64,000 nucleotides of DNA from Gammaproteobacteria bacterium (GCA_051008935.1 JBPCXB010000066.1:50649-114648); one strand, 5' to 3'. Positions 18,608 through 29,576 are shown, counted from the stretch's first letter. A program made the numbers and translations. Notes: a model not told the origin generated them from the sequence alone.

Positions 18608-20353
18608 ATGAATCGCTTGGGAGTGACAGAGGTTTGTTTGCGGGATGGCCATCAATCGTTGTTGGCAACTCGGTTGCGTACCGAGGATCTGCTGCCGGTA
18701 TGTGACGCGCTGGATCGAGTCGGTTTTTGGTCTATTGAATGTTGGGGCGGGGCGACGTACGATGCTTGTATCCGCTATCTAGGTGAAGACCCTTGGCAGC
18801 GCTTGAAATCTTTCCGTAAGATGATGCCCAATACGCGCTTGCAGATGCTTTTGAGAGGGCAGAACCTTTTGGGCTATCGGCATTACGCTGATGATGTGGT
18901 AGCTGCGCTGGTTGAAAATTGCGCTGAAGCTGGTATTGATGTATTCAGAGTCTTTGATGCGCTCAATGATGCGCGCAATATGCATTGTGCTTTGAAAGCC
19001 GTTAAGGCTGTGGGAAAACATGCCCAAGGCACTCTGGCCTATACGACGAGCCCAGTACATGATATTCAGCATTGGTTGGACTTAGCGCGTCGTATCGAAG
19101 ATATTGGCGTCGATTCTATTGCCATCAAAGACATGGCGGGTTTGCTGACTCCTTACACAGCCTTTGAATTAGTAGGCAAGCTCAAAGAACTGGTATCTGT
19201 TCCCATCCATATGCAATGCCACGCAACAACAGGGCTTTCTACTGCTACTGCACTCAAAGCTGCTGAGGCCGGCCTGGATAATGTCGACACTTCCATCTCG
19301 AGCCTCAGTATGACCTATGGTCATTCGCCGACAGAGACCCTGGAAGCAATCTTTGCAGGCACTGATCGGGCCACCAATCTGGATACCGGTTTGATGCAGG
19401 AAGTAGCAACCTATTTACGCGCTTTGCGTCAGCGCTACAGCCAGTTTGAAGGCAGCTTAAGAGGGATCGATGCACGTATCCTCCATGCACAGGTTCCAGG
19501 CGGTATGCTGAGCAATCTGGAATCGCAGCTGCGTCAGCAAAATGCGCTTCACCGAATGGATGAAGTCATCGAAGAAATCCCGAAAGTACGTCAGGATCTA
19601 GGCTATATCCCTTTAGTCACCCCCTCTTCCCAGATTGTGGGTGCTCAAGCTCTGCTCAATGTATTAAGTGGACAGCGTTACAGCCAGCTGACAGCTGAAA
19701 CAACGGGGCTGTTGCGGGGAGAATACGGTGCGGCTCCAGCTGCCTTTCAAGAGGAACTGCAACAGCGGGCGCTTGAAGGAGCTGAACCCGTTACCTGCCG
19801 GCCCGCAGATAACCTGGAAGCTGAGATGCCTAATCTAGAGCAGGAGCTGGCCCAGCATAGCCGAGATGAGGGTTTTAAGTGCAGCCCTACAGATGTATTT
19901 ACCTATGCTATGTTCGCTCAGGCTGGGCTCAATTTTCTGCGCAACCGCCAAAACCCAGAGGCCTTTGAAATTGCCCCGGCACAAGTAGAAGAGCTTTCGA
20001 ACAAGCATTATGTGGTTACGATAGAAGGCCAGGCTTATCAGGTAGAAGTGGATCAGGCCGATAATGTGCGCCAATTGCAGCCAGGTGGGCAATCTGTAGC
20101 TCAGCCAGCGCCAGCGGCAGCGACACCGCCAGCCGGAGCAGGCGAGCCGCTTCCTTCGCCTTTGGCAGGGACCGTGTTGCAGTTGGTCGCAACTCCAGGC
20201 GCACCCGTTCAAAAAGGCCAGGTGCTATTGAAACTTGAGGCACTCAAAATGGAGACAGAGATCAGCGCACCAAAAGCAGGTACCTTGGTGGCTTTCAGCG
20301 TAGCAGTCGGCGATCAAGTTGACGCTGGCGCAGAGCTACTCCAGATAAGTTGA
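18608..20353 (+). CDS. oadA: oxaloacetate decarboxylase alpha subunit (carboxyltransferase plus biotin carboxyl carrier domain)
   Basis: N-terminal HMGL-like carboxyltransferase region, a Pro/Ala linker, and a C-terminal biotinyl domain with EALKMETEI (the AMKM-type biotin-attachment motif). Confidence 0.85.
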   Translation: MNRLGVTEVCLRDGHQSLLATRLRTEDLLPVCDALDRVGFWSIECWGGATYDACIRYLGEDPWQRLKSFRKMMPNTRLQMLLRGQNLLGYRHYADDVVAALVENCAEAGIDVFRVFDALNDARNMHCALKAVKAVGKHAQGTLAYTTSPVHDIQHWLDLARRIEDIGVDSIAIKDMAGLLTPYTAFELVGKLKELVSVPIHMQCHATTGLSTATALKAAEAGLDNVDTSISSLSMTYGHSPTETLEAIFAGTDRATNLDTGLMQEVATYLRALRQRYSQFEGSLRGIDARILHAQVPGGMLSNLESQLRQQNALHRMDEVIEEIPKVRQDLGYIPLVTPSSQIVGAQALLNVLSGQRYSQLTAETTGLLRGEYGAAPAAFQEELQQRALEGAEPVTCRPADNLEAEMPNLEQELAQHSRDEGFKCSPTDVFTYAMFAQAGLNFLRNRQNPEAFEIAPAQVEELSNKHYVVTIEGQAYQVEVDQADNVRQLQPGGQSVAQPAPAAATPPAGAGEPLPSPLAGTVLQLVATPGAPVQKGQVLLKLEALKMETEISAPKAGTLVAFSVAVGDQVDAGAELLQIS

Positions 20354-20387
20354 AAACCCGATTTCCAATGGTTTGTTCTAAGAGGTT

Positions 20388-21521
20388 TTGATGGAGGTTT
20401 TGTCGGAGTTAGTGGGCATTACAGGGCTCTATGCCTTGACCTTGCCTCAGGCCGTTATGATGCTAGTCAGCGGTATACTCCTCTGGCTGGGCATCGTTAA
20501 GCGTTTTGAGCCTCTGTTGCTCGTTCCCATTGCCATAGGGGGCCTGCTGACCAATGCGCCCTTGGCAGGCGTCAATGAAGTGGGGGGATTTTTGCACCAG
20601 ATCTATTATCTGGGTATTGAAACTACATTATTTCCGCTGATTATTTTTATTGGAGTGGGGGCTTTGACTGATTTTTCCCCCCTGTTATCCAACCCCAAGT
20701 TGGTGATTTTGGGGATTGCCGCGCAATTCGGAATTTTTACCACTTTGTTTGGCGCAGTAGTATTGAGCGATTGGGGCTGGTTGGACTTTTCCATTCAGCA
20801 AGCAGCTGCGATTGGGATCATAGGTGGTGCCGATGGGCCTACTGCGATTTATGTTTCGAGCAAGTTGGCTCCCGAGTTATTGGGCGCTATAGCTGTGTCG
20901 GCCTATTCATATATGGCTTTGGTGCCAGTGATTCAACCACCTATTGCTAAATTGCTGACGACTCGAGCTGAACGGGCAATACAGATGCCTGAATTACGCA
21001 AAGTTCGTCCGCTGGAATTGCTTCTGTTCCCGATTAGTTTGATGTTGCTGGTCATATTGCTGCTGCCTGGAGCCGTGCCTCTGGTAGGAGCTTTGTGTTT
21101 CGGTAATTTGTTGCGCGTATCTGGAGTGGTTGAAAGGCTTCGTCAAGTTGCTTCTGGAGCTTTGATTGATATAGTCACGCTGTTTTTGGGGCTTGGCGTC
21201 GGTTCCAAGCTGGCTGCCGATCAATTTCTGCAACCCGAAACGCTGGGCATACTGACTCTGGGGCTGTTTGCCTTTGCTGTGGGTACAGCTTCAGGAGTGC
21301 TGGTTGGTAAATTGATGAATTTCGTCTCCAGCAAGCCGGTTAACCCACTATTGGGTGCTGCAGGCGTGTCGGCCGTTCCTATGGCTGCACGGGTTGTTAC
21401 GCGTATGGGGCAAGAAGAGAATCCAAACAACATTCTGCTTATGCATGCGATGGGTCCCAATGTTGCAGGCGTGATCGGCTCGGCTGTAGTTGCAGGCACG
21501 TTGGTGCAACTGTTGCAGTGA
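20388..21521 (+). CDS. oadB: oxaloacetate decarboxylase beta subunit (Na+-translocating)
   Basis: 377-aa polytopic membrane protein of the OadB/GcdB/MmdB type, directly downstream of oadA. Confidence 0.85.
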   Translation: MMEVLSELVGITGLYALTLPQAVMMLVSGILLWLGIVKRFEPLLLVPIAIGGLLTNAPLAGVNEVGGFLHQIYYLGIETTLFPLIIFIGVGALTDFSPLLSNPKLVILGIAAQFGIFTTLFGAVVLSDWGWLDFSIQQAAAIGIIGGADGPTAIYVSSKLAPELLGAIAVSAYSYMALVPVIQPPIAKLLTTRAERAIQMPELRKVRPLELLLFPISLMLLVILLLPGAVPLVGALCFGNLLRVSGVVERLRQVASGALIDIVTLFLGLGVGSKLAADQFLQPETLGILTLGLFAFAVGTASGVLVGKLMNFVSSKPVNPLLGAAGVSAVPMAARVVTRMGQEENPNNILLMHAMGPNVAGVIGSAVVAGTLVQLLQ

Positions 21522-21548
21522 TCATCTGACGAACTTGCCGACAAAGTA

Positions 21549-23348
21549 GTGCTGACAAGAATCATGCCTTTGGGCAAGCTGTTGCCTTATTTGAGCCCTT
21601 ATAAACTTCGGATACTGGCTATCCTGATAGCGCTTTTGGTCAGTTCATTGACGACGTTGAGCATGGGGCCAGGCTTAGGTCTCTTAATAGACAGCGGTCT
21701 TTTAAGTGGGAATCAAGAACATTTAGCTGTTGCTGTCTGGGTTATATTGATGCTGGCGGTTTTGTTGGGCTTGGCTACCTGTGCTCGGTACTACAACGTT
21801 TCGTGGCTGGGCGAACGTGTCAGTGCTGATATCCGCAACAAGGTGTTCCAACATCTACTTCGGTTGAACCCTCAGATATTTGAGTTGTCGGGAGGCGCCG
21901 ACTTACAGTCCCGCTTTACCACTGATACTACCGTGCTGCAATCGGTGATAGGTTCTTCAGTATCAATCGCCTTGCGTAACTTCGTCATAGTCGCAGGCGG
22001 CATCGTCGCCATGCTGATCTTGAATCCTGTGATGGCTATTGTTGCTTTTCTGATGATACCAGCACTGGTCGTGCCAGTTGTAATTTTCGGGCGCCGCATC
22101 AAAATGCTTTCTAGGCTCACTCAGGCCAAAGTGGGAGAAGTGGGTGCGGAAATCAGCGAAGTGGTGCGTCATATCAAAACTGTCCAAGCCTTCAATCGGC
22201 AAGATTACCATAAGGAACGTTTTTCCAGAGGCGTAGAGGCCAGTTTTGAAGCTGCTCGCAGCATGATATGGCGCAGATCGGTATTGGTCGCGCTGGTTAT
22301 TATTCTGTCTATGAGCGCTCTGGGTTTTTTAGTGGTCATCGGCGCCTGGCAGGTAGCGACTGAACAGTTGACGGCAGGGGATATCATTGCATTTATCTTT
22401 ATCGCCTTCATGGTTGCAGGAGCGATGGCAATGATTAGCGAAGTATCTAGTGATTTGATCAGGGCATCGGGGGCAATGGAACGCTTGATGGATATCCTGG
22501 CCATTGATGCTACTGAACGCATGGATATCGAGGTGGCTGCAAAAACCGAAATCAATCGGTTGGAAGGAGACACAGCTATTCAGATTGACAATCTGGTTTT
22601 TGCTTACCCTCAGCGTCCGCTGGTCAAGGTACTAGATGGTTTGAGTCTGTCAATACCTGTGGGCGGATTGCATGCTTTGGTGGGACTTTCTGGCGCAGGA
22701 AAAACCACGATCTTTGATTTGTTGCTTCGTTTTTATGCATGGCAGCAAGGCGAAATTCGCATAGGAGGTCAGGATATTTGCCGCCTGCCCGTGTCTCAGC
22801 TGCGCCGATTAGTAGGCTCGGTTCGTCAGGAACCCCCTTTATTCAGAGGCAGTATTTGGGATAATATAGCTTACGGTGCCCAACCCGATGCAGAAGGCAT
22901 TCTGGACGAGAAGGTACGGGAAGTCGCTCATTTAGCTTATATTGACGAATTTTCCCGCCATCTTCCAGACGGATTAATGACTCAAGTCGGTGAAGCAGGA
23001 GTCACTTTATCTGCTGGGCAGCGTCAGCGTATTGCGATTGCTCGTACTCTATTGGCCGATCCTATGGTTTTATTGCTTGACGAAGTGACCAGTCATTTAG
23101 ATGCTGAAAGTGAAGCTATGATACAGGATACTGTAGCTCGCTTAGCCCAGATGAAGACTGTTTTGGTGGTTGCTCACCGTTTAAGTACTGTCGTCAGTGC
23201 CGATTGCATCTACATCCTCAAAGGAGGACGAATGATAACCAGCGGTAAGCACGATGAACTGATGGATTCTACGGAAGCATATCGCCGCTTGGTGCGTTTG
23301 CAATTTAGCGAACAGCAGTCCGTGCAGCCTCCGGTTAGTAGCAGTTGA
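21549..23348 (+). CDS. ABC transporter, fused permease/ATP-binding protein (MsbA/multidrug-exporter type)
   Basis: N-terminal six-TM domain, Walker A GLSGAGKTT, signature LSAGQRQR and Walker B LLLDE. Confidence 0.8.
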   Translation: MLTRIMPLGKLLPYLSPYKLRILAILIALLVSSLTTLSMGPGLGLLIDSGLLSGNQEHLAVAVWVILMLAVLLGLATCARYYNVSWLGERVSADIRNKVFQHLLRLNPQIFELSGGADLQSRFTTDTTVLQSVIGSSVSIALRNFVIVAGGIVAMLILNPVMAIVAFLMIPALVVPVVIFGRRIKMLSRLTQAKVGEVGAEISEVVRHIKTVQAFNRQDYHKERFSRGVEASFEAARSMIWRRSVLVALVIILSMSALGFLVVIGAWQVATEQLTAGDIIAFIFIAFMVAGAMAMISEVSSDLIRASGAMERLMDILAIDATERMDIEVAAKTEINRLEGDTAIQIDNLVFAYPQRPLVKVLDGLSLSIPVGGLHALVGLSGAGKTTIFDLLLRFYAWQQGEIRIGGQDICRLPVSQLRRLVGSVRQEPPLFRGSIWDNIAYGAQPDAEGILDEKVREVAHLAYIDEFSRHLPDGLMTQVGEAGVTLSAGQRQRIAIARTLLADPMVLLLDEVTSHLDAESEAMIQDTVARLAQMKTVLVVAHRLSTVVSADCIYILKGGRMITSGKHDELMDSTEAYRRLVRLQFSEQQSVQPPVSSS

Positions 23349-23375
23349 ACGCTATTCATTTTCTGAGATCGATTT

Positions 23376-24632
23376 TTGAAGTCAGCATCTGAAATGCGCA
23401 TGGAGCTCTCACCAGAGCAGAAGTTTGGGCCTCTTAAGGCTTTGGAAGACGCTGAAGTCCAGACTGCCATTCAACAGGTCGTGCAAGATCCCAAGGCTAT
23501 TAAAGGGCTAAGCAAGCTGTTTTTCGGCTATTGGGCACACTTTCCGCCCCTTAGGTGGTTGTTAGCGTGGTTCTTTAGATGGGTGATGCGCAATGTATCT
23601 TCAGTGGAAGACCTGCATGGGGTCATGAAAGGCTCACTTGATTTGGTTCTGAATCAGCGTAAGCTGATTTTGGAAGTGCACGGTGAAGAGCACTTTAGTA
23701 CGCTGGATACTCCATTGCTCTTTATCTCCAACCATCGAGACATAGTGCTGGATTCATTGCTGCTCAATCGCTTTTTGTTCAGTGGCTACAAGGTGAGCTC
23801 CCGTGTCGCCATAGGTGATAATTTGCTGCAATTACCAGATTGGGGATCTATCCTGATGCGTGCTGTAGGATGCTTCATGGTTGATCGAACCTCAGGATCG
23901 TCGCGGCATCAGTACCGCAATCATCAGATGCTTTCTAGTTACATCAGGTACTTATTGACCGATAAATTAAAATCGGTCTGGTTGGCACAATCTGCCGGCC
24001 GCTCGGTAGATGGCGTCGATAGAACCGATCCTGCTGTTTTAAAGATGTTGCGCTTGGCGGATCGTAAACAAAGCTTTTCTCAGGCAGTTGGGAGTTATCG
24101 GATTGTGCCGGTGACGCTTTCCTATGAATACGATAGTTGCGGCTTTTATAAAGCCCAACGTTTGGCGGCTGTTGCCCGTGATCAGCGTTGGAACCCTGAG
24201 TACGCAAAAGAGGCTCAGTCCAGCTTTCTCGCAGATAAGGGTCGCGTTTGCCTCCAACTGGGGCGTCCGATTGAAGCGGCTCACGAGCCGCAATACTTTG
24301 AAAGCCCTGAAGCTTTGAGTCAAGAGTTGGATGTGCGCATCCGGTCGGGGTATCAATTCTGGCCCACTGCCTACGTGGCAGCTGGCTTGCTGATAGAAGC
24401 CTATGAGAATGCGCGTGCTTTGCAACAACAAGTGCCCGAGCAGCCGGCGTATTTTTCGCATGATGTTATTGAGGCTGCTGGTGCTCAGTGCCCTTGGAAT
24501 GCGCAAGAATTGCAGAAGGCACAACAGTATTTTGCTCAGTTGAAAAAGCGCCTAGATGCATTAGAGCAGTACTTTGTGTACAGCTACTATGCCAATGCAC
24601 TGTTGCAGACCATTGCCGTAGGTCGCGCATAG
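23376..24632 (+). CDS. hypothetical protein with acyltransferase-like (PlsC/GPAT-type) N-terminal domain
   Basis: An NHRDIVLD motif resembling the HX4D acyltransferase box, followed by a roughly 200-aa C-terminal extension with no recognisable domain. Confidence 0.4.
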   Translation: MKSASEMRMELSPEQKFGPLKALEDAEVQTAIQQVVQDPKAIKGLSKLFFGYWAHFPPLRWLLAWFFRWVMRNVSSVEDLHGVMKGSLDLVLNQRKLILEVHGEEHFSTLDTPLLFISNHRDIVLDSLLLNRFLFSGYKVSSRVAIGDNLLQLPDWGSILMRAVGCFMVDRTSGSSRHQYRNHQMLSSYIRYLLTDKLKSVWLAQSAGRSVDGVDRTDPAVLKMLRLADRKQSFSQAVGSYRIVPVTLSYEYDSCGFYKAQRLAAVARDQRWNPEYAKEAQSSFLADKGRVCLQLGRPIEAAHEPQYFESPEALSQELDVRIRSGYQFWPTAYVAAGLLIEAYENARALQQQVPEQPAYFSHDVIEAAGAQCPWNAQELQKAQQYFAQLKKRLDALEQYFVYSYYANALLQTIAVGRA

Positions 24633-24648
24633 CAATATAAGCGGGGTG

Positions 24649-25407
24649 TCAGGGGCTCCGGCTTTCGGGTAACAAGCTGAGAGCGAGGCGTTCCATAGTG
24701 GTCCACTGGTTTTTGTGGTGGCTGAGGTCTCGCGCGCTGATATTGGTTCCCCGCAATATACATCTTTTGATGTTCCGATCTGTATCCAGATCGACATCGA
24801 TGATATTGATACAGCAGGGTTCTTGTTCAAAGCAAGCCATACTGGTTATAGGAGCTCCTATAGCCCAGCTCAGTAAAAGACGGTTGACACCGCCGTGGCA
24901 AACAGCCAGCATCGTGCTCCAGCCATCCTCGGCCAGCAGCTTAACGATAGTACTTTGCGTTCTTTGTGCCGCATGTGAGTAACTTTCACCGTGTGAGTAA
25001 TCGCTGTCAGGTTTTTGACAATCCCAGAAAGCGTAAGCAGCGTGGATGAGGTTGAATTTTTCCTGTTCCGTGCGTCTGCGGATGCCTTGAATTTCTTCCA
25101 GATCGGGGTAGTGTTCTAATTCAAGATCTGGACGGCTATCCATCATAGCACTGGCAGTTTCTACTGTTCGACGCAAACCCGAACAGATTGCTCGGTCAAA
25201 ATGTACCTCTTGCAACGCCTCAGCTGTGAGGCGCGCATTGGCCCAGCCTGCTTCGGTAAGAGGTACCGTTCGGCTATCCGGTACCGGCGTGCCATCTTTC
25301 TGTAGGTAAGATACATCGCCGTGCCGGAGCAGGTAGATCCGTTTTCTTTGACAACGATCCAAGGATTGGCGGGTCGTGCTAGAGGTGTGATCAGAGTTAG
25401 AGTTCAT
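24649..25407 (-). CDS. histidine phosphatase (phosphoglycerate mutase-like) family protein
   Basis: The RIYLLRHGD motif (the RHG catalytic motif). Start taken at the internal Met to limit overlap with the upstream gene. Confidence 0.7.
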   Translation of the reverse strand: MNSNSDHTSSTTRQSLDRCQRKRIYLLRHGDVSYLQKDGTPVPDSRTVPLTEAGWANARLTAEALQEVHFDRAICSGLRRTVETASAMMDSRPDLELEHYPDLEEIQGIRRRTEQEKFNLIHAAYAFWDCQKPDSDYSHGESYSHAAQRTQSTIVKLLAEDGWSTMLAVCHGGVNRLLLSWAIGAPITSMACFEQEPCCINIIDVDLDTDRNIKRCILRGTNISARDLSHHKNQWTTMERLALSLLPESRSP

Positions 25408-26428
25408 CGAGCTGGCGCAGAAAATGGAGTATGGCTTTATTGACTTGAGCGGGCTTTTCTTGTTGGATCCAATGCCCCCCATCCGCAATGATCTCAGAAA
25501 ACAGCAACTGAGTCGTGTGGTGTTGTTTCATCTTGGCAATGATATCCTGGTCTGGGATGAAAGCCAGTACTGGATCGAGCTCGCCCGCAATGAAAAAGCT
25601 GGGTTGTTCGATTTTACGCCCCTTTAAGTCTGCCAGTTCGTGCCAATCCATATCCTGACACCGGTATCGGTTTAGAGGGCCACGCATACCGCCTTGTTGA
25701 AAATGAGCTGCATAATATGCCAGCTCGTCCGCATGCATCCAATCGGGAAAAGGCGCAGGGTCTGGCATCTTATCGAGCATGCCATCTCCTTTTGCTTTGG
25801 CGACGGGGTTGGCCATCAATTCGCGCATCCCATCGGCGCATCCTGAATAAAAAATGATGCGCAGGGAACGCAACATATCGGTTTCGAGTTCTTGTTCGGC
25901 GATCCCTTCTTGCTCAAAATACAGCTGATAAAAGAAGCGGTCCTGATAGATACGACGCCATAATTGCAAAGGGGGCTCTGGTGAACGGCCGATATAAGGC
26001 ACGCTCAGCCCGCCTACGGCGTGCACTTTATCGGGATGTAAAAGCGCAGTATGCCAAGCGATAGGCGCCCCCCAATCGTGCCCGATGACGACCAGACTGG
26101 AGGCCTTTGAATTGGCTAGATAGGATTCGATGATTCCAGCCATATCAGCTGCCAGAATCGACATGCGATACGCTGACAGCTCAAAGGGTTTATCGCTACC
26201 TCCATAGCCGCGCACATCCGGCACGATGACTTTATATCCAGCTTGAGATAAGGCTTCAATCTGGTGACGCCAAGAGTACCAGAGTTCAGGCCAGCCGTGG
26301 ATGAGAAGGATTTCTGGCCCCTCGCCAGCTGTAAAGACTCTGAGTCGAATACCATTGGTTTCTATGAGTTCAGAATTCAGCTGGTGGTCGGCGAAGTGCT
26401 GAAAGTCGGCGGGGACAGGAAGATTCAT
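25397..26428 (-). CDS. alpha/beta hydrolase, epoxide-hydrolase-like
   Basis: The HGWPELWYSWRHQ and GHDWGA motifs typical of the epoxide hydrolase / haloalkane dehalogenase branch. Confidence 0.75.
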   Translation of the reverse strand: MNLPVPADFQHFADHQLNSELIETNGIRLRVFTAGEGPEILLIHGWPELWYSWRHQIEALSQAGYKVIVPDVRGYGGSDKPFELSAYRMSILAADMAGIIESYLANSKASSLVVIGHDWGAPIAWHTALLHPDKVHAVGGLSVPYIGRSPEPPLQLWRRIYQDRFFYQLYFEQEGIAEQELETDMLRSLRIIFYSGCADGMRELMANPVAKAKGDGMLDKMPDPAPFPDWMHADELAYYAAHFQQGGMRGPLNRYRCQDMDWHELADLKGRKIEQPSFFIAGELDPVLAFIPDQDIIAKMKQHHTTQLLFSEIIADGGHWIQQEKPAQVNKAILHFLRQLDEL

Positions 26429-26671
26429 GGCACACCCTGAGCTTAGTGCAACGCTTGTGCGCCACAACCGTCATAGTCTAACGGATTTATCCAAGGGTTC
26501 CATCTATATTTGTGATTGTGATTAAGGTATGGTGGTTGCTCTGTGGTGAGCGAGGATAATTTGTAAAATATTGGTTTTGTAATGTCGTGTCCTCAGTTGG
26601 GCGGTAGGTGGCTGGTAGGCTCCTGAAACCCAAACCCCTGAGATCTAAGGTATAAAAAAGGTATCACAAAT

Positions 26672-27451
26672 ATGGAAATCAAAGGCAAAGTTGCATTTAT
26701 CACGGGTGGCGCATCGGGTTTAGGGAAAGCGACAGCAGAAGCTTTCGTTGCCAAAGGCGGCAAGGTCGCTCTTTTGGATCTGGAGCGTCAAAAAGACACT
26801 GCAGATAAGCTGTGCGAGACTTTTGGGAGAGAGAACGCGCTTTTTGTCGCTGCTGACGTCACCAATGAACAAGAAGTCAAGGCGGCGGTGGCTGCCGCTA
26901 AAGATAAATTTGGCGCGATTCATGCCAATTACAATTGTGCCGGATTGGGCTTACCTATGCGCACAGTCGGCAAGGATGGCGCCCACGACCTGAAAGCGTT
27001 TCAGTTCGTGATCAACGTCAATCTGATTGGTACTTTCAATACGTTGCGCCTGTGTGCCGAGGTAATGGCGGAGAATGAGCCCGTTACTGCAGACGGCGAG
27101 CGGGGGGTAATAGTCAATACCGCTTCAGTTGCCGCTTTCGATGGCCAAATCGGGCAAGCTGCCTACAGCGCTAGCAAAGGCGGTGTAGCGGGCATGACTT
27201 TGCCGATTGCTCGTGATCTAGAGCGCCAGTGTATTCGTGTTTGCACCATCGCACCCGGGATTTTTGATACGCCTTTGATGGCCGGTGCCTCTGACCGGAT
27301 ACGCAAGCCTTTGATTGACATGGTCCAATTCCCGCACAGATTGGGCGTTGCTCCAGAATTTGCCCAACTGGCAATACATATTGCAGAGAATACTTACTTG
27401 AATGGCGAAGTGATTCGGTTGGATGGTGGTATTCGCATGGCTCCACGCTGA
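26672..27451 (+). CDS. SDR family oxidoreductase, 3-hydroxyacyl-CoA dehydrogenase type II-like
   Basis: The TGGASGLG Rossmann motif and a YSASK catalytic motif. HSD10/FadB2-like length. Confidence 0.8.
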   Translation: MEIKGKVAFITGGASGLGKATAEAFVAKGGKVALLDLERQKDTADKLCETFGRENALFVAADVTNEQEVKAAVAAAKDKFGAIHANYNCAGLGLPMRTVGKDGAHDLKAFQFVINVNLIGTFNTLRLCAEVMAENEPVTADGERGVIVNTASVAAFDGQIGQAAYSASKGGVAGMTLPIARDLERQCIRVCTIAPGIFDTPLMAGASDRIRKPLIDMVQFPHRLGVAPEFAQLAIHIAENTYLNGEVIRLDGGIRMAPR

Positions 27452-27497
27452 TTCTGCATTCTGGTAATTTGTTTGATACAGAGTTATTCGCAAGCCC

Positions 27498-28535
27498 TTG
27501 CGGCTGGATTGTTCGGTGCTTGAACTGATCTTTGATTACAGTTTGTTTCTGGCGAAAGCGGTGACAGTACTAGTGGTAGCCCTGATCATCCTAGGGTTTA
27601 TCATCTCTAGCCTGAGCCAACCAAACAAAACAGAGGGCCATCTGCAGATTCTGAATCTGGGGAAGCGTTATTCAAATTTGCATGAAGAGATTTCTGCCCA
27701 GATACCCTCCATCACTTCCTCGACAGGCGAGAAACCTGCACCGCGTCGCCGCTGGTGGCATTTCAAACGCAAAGAGGCGGATAAAACCCGGCCAGTTGCT
27801 TATATTTTGAGCTTTGATGGCGACCTTGAGGCTTCCGACCTCCCTTCTTTGCGCCAAGAAATCAACAGCGTATTGCTTGCAGCACAGCCTCAAGACGAAG
27901 TGTTGATCAAATTGGATTCACCGGGCGGCACTGTCACAGGCTATGGACTGGTTGCCGCACAATTGAGCCGTTTGACAGCCGCTAACATCCCGTTGACTGT
28001 TGCCGTCGATCAGGTCGCTGCTAGTGGAGGCTACTTAGCTGCTTGTGTGGCCAATACGATTCGAGCTGCTCCTTTTGCGCTGATCGGCTCCATAGGCGTG
28101 ATTTTGCAGATGCCCAATTTCAACCGCTTGCTCAAAAAGAATGCCATCGATTTTGAGCAAATAACAGCAGGTAAGCATAAGCGAGATATCAGTATGTTCG
28201 GAGAGGTGGGCGAGCCTGAACGGCAACATGCTCATGAGCGCCTCGCAGAGATACATCAGGCTTTTATCGCCCAAGTTCAGGAACACCGTTCCGAAGCGAA
28301 TCTGGAACAGGTTCGCCAAGGAGATGTTTGGCTGGCGAGTGAAGCCCAAAAATTGGGTTTGATAGACGAACTGGGAACCAGTGACGATTGGCTCCTTGCC
28401 CGTCGTAACAGCCACCACCTGCTGGCGCTTCGGTGGCATAGCCCCAAAAATTGGTCTCAGAAATGGCTGCCTCGGAGTTTGACAGCTATTAGTGCATTGC
28501 TGTCGTTGTTGCCTAGACGACTGGGAAGCAAATAG
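27498..28535 (+). CDS. sohB: S49 family inner-membrane peptidase SohB
   Basis: N-terminal TM helix and a ClpP/crotonase-fold S49 peptidase domain (DSPGGTVTGY). Confidence 0.8.
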   Translation: MRLDCSVLELIFDYSLFLAKAVTVLVVALIILGFIISSLSQPNKTEGHLQILNLGKRYSNLHEEISAQIPSITSSTGEKPAPRRRWWHFKRKEADKTRPVAYILSFDGDLEASDLPSLRQEINSVLLAAQPQDEVLIKLDSPGGTVTGYGLVAAQLSRLTAANIPLTVAVDQVAASGGYLAACVANTIRAAPFALIGSIGVILQMPNFNRLLKKNAIDFEQITAGKHKRDISMFGEVGEPERQHAHERLAEIHQAFIAQVQEHRSEANLEQVRQGDVWLASEAQKLGLIDELGTSDDWLLARRNSHHLLALRWHSPKNWSQKWLPRSLTAISALLSLLPRRLGSK

Positions 28536-28550
28536 TGCACTTGGGTAAAA

Positions 28551-29576
28551 GTGGAATATGATACTGCTATGACAGCAACAAATCAGTCTTTTTCAGCCAT
28601 GGTGGTCAAAGAGGAAGGTGCGCAATTCACCCGTGCGGTCGAAACGCGACACCTCTCGGATTTGCCTGACTATCAAGCGCTAGTGCGCGTGGAATATTCC
28701 TCTTTAAATTACAAAGATGCCTTGTCGACCAGTGGCAACAGAGGGGTAACGCGTAACTATCCTCACGTGCCAGGCATTGACGCAGCTGGAGTGCTGTGCA
28801 ATGCCGCAGGCGATCTGCCGAAAGGCGCTCGCGTTGCGGTGACCGGGTACGATCTAGGTATGAACACTTGGGGGGGATTTTCAGAATACATTCGGGTGCC
28901 GCCAGAGTGGCTGATACCCTTACCTGAAGGCATGACTGCGCGTCAGGCTATGGAGTGGGGTACAGCTGGTTTGACGGCAGGGCTTTGTGTCGATAAATTG
29001 TCAGCCTGGATGCAGTTTTCACAATCCAGCCTGGCAGAAGCTCAGGTCATAGTCACAGGGGCCACGGGGGGAGTGGGTTCTATAGCCGTGACCCTGCTGG
29101 CAGAGCTGGGTAGTCGGGTAACAGCTGTCACCGGTAAGGCAGAAGCCACTGACTGGCTTCGATCTATTGGAGCTTCTGAAGTAATATCAATGGATACCCT
29201 CATGGAAGCTGGAAAACCATTGCAAAAAACCCGCTGGGATGCAGCTGTAGATGTTACAGGAGGTGTGCCTTTGGCTAACTTGCTCGCACAACTCAACCCT
29301 CAAGCCGCCTGCGCGTGCTGTGGGCTGGTGGCAGGTTCAGGCTTGCCAACTACCGTGTTGCCATTCATACTGAGAGGTGTAGCTCTTTTAGGCATCGATT
29401 CCGTCGAAATCCCTCTGGCTACCAAGGCGCGTATCTTCGGCAAGCTGGCGACAGAATGGCGGCTGAATACGTTGAGCGATAGATGTACAGAGGTCCGGCT
29501 AGAAGGCTTGCCTGCACAGATTGATAAGATGCTACAAGGGCAACACAAAGGGCGTACTTTAGTGAATTTAATGTAG
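28551..29576 (+). CDS. YhdH/AcuI-family NADPH-dependent quinone oxidoreductase / acryloyl-CoA reductase
   Basis: Zinc-free medium-chain dehydrogenase/reductase with the YSSLNYKDAL motif characteristic of YhdH/AcuI. Confidence 0.75.
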   Translation: MEYDTAMTATNQSFSAMVVKEEGAQFTRAVETRHLSDLPDYQALVRVEYSSLNYKDALSTSGNRGVTRNYPHVPGIDAAGVLCNAAGDLPKGARVAVTGYDLGMNTWGGFSEYIRVPPEWLIPLPEGMTARQAMEWGTAGLTAGLCVDKLSAWMQFSQSSLAEAQVIVTGATGGVGSIAVTLLAELGSRVTAVTGKAEATDWLRSIGASEVISMDTLMEAGKPLQKTRWDAAVDVTGGVPLANLLAQLNPQAACACCGLVAGSGLPTTVLPFILRGVALLGIDSVEIPLATKARIFGKLATEWRLNTLSDRCTEVRLEGLPAQIDKMLQGQHKGRTLVNLM

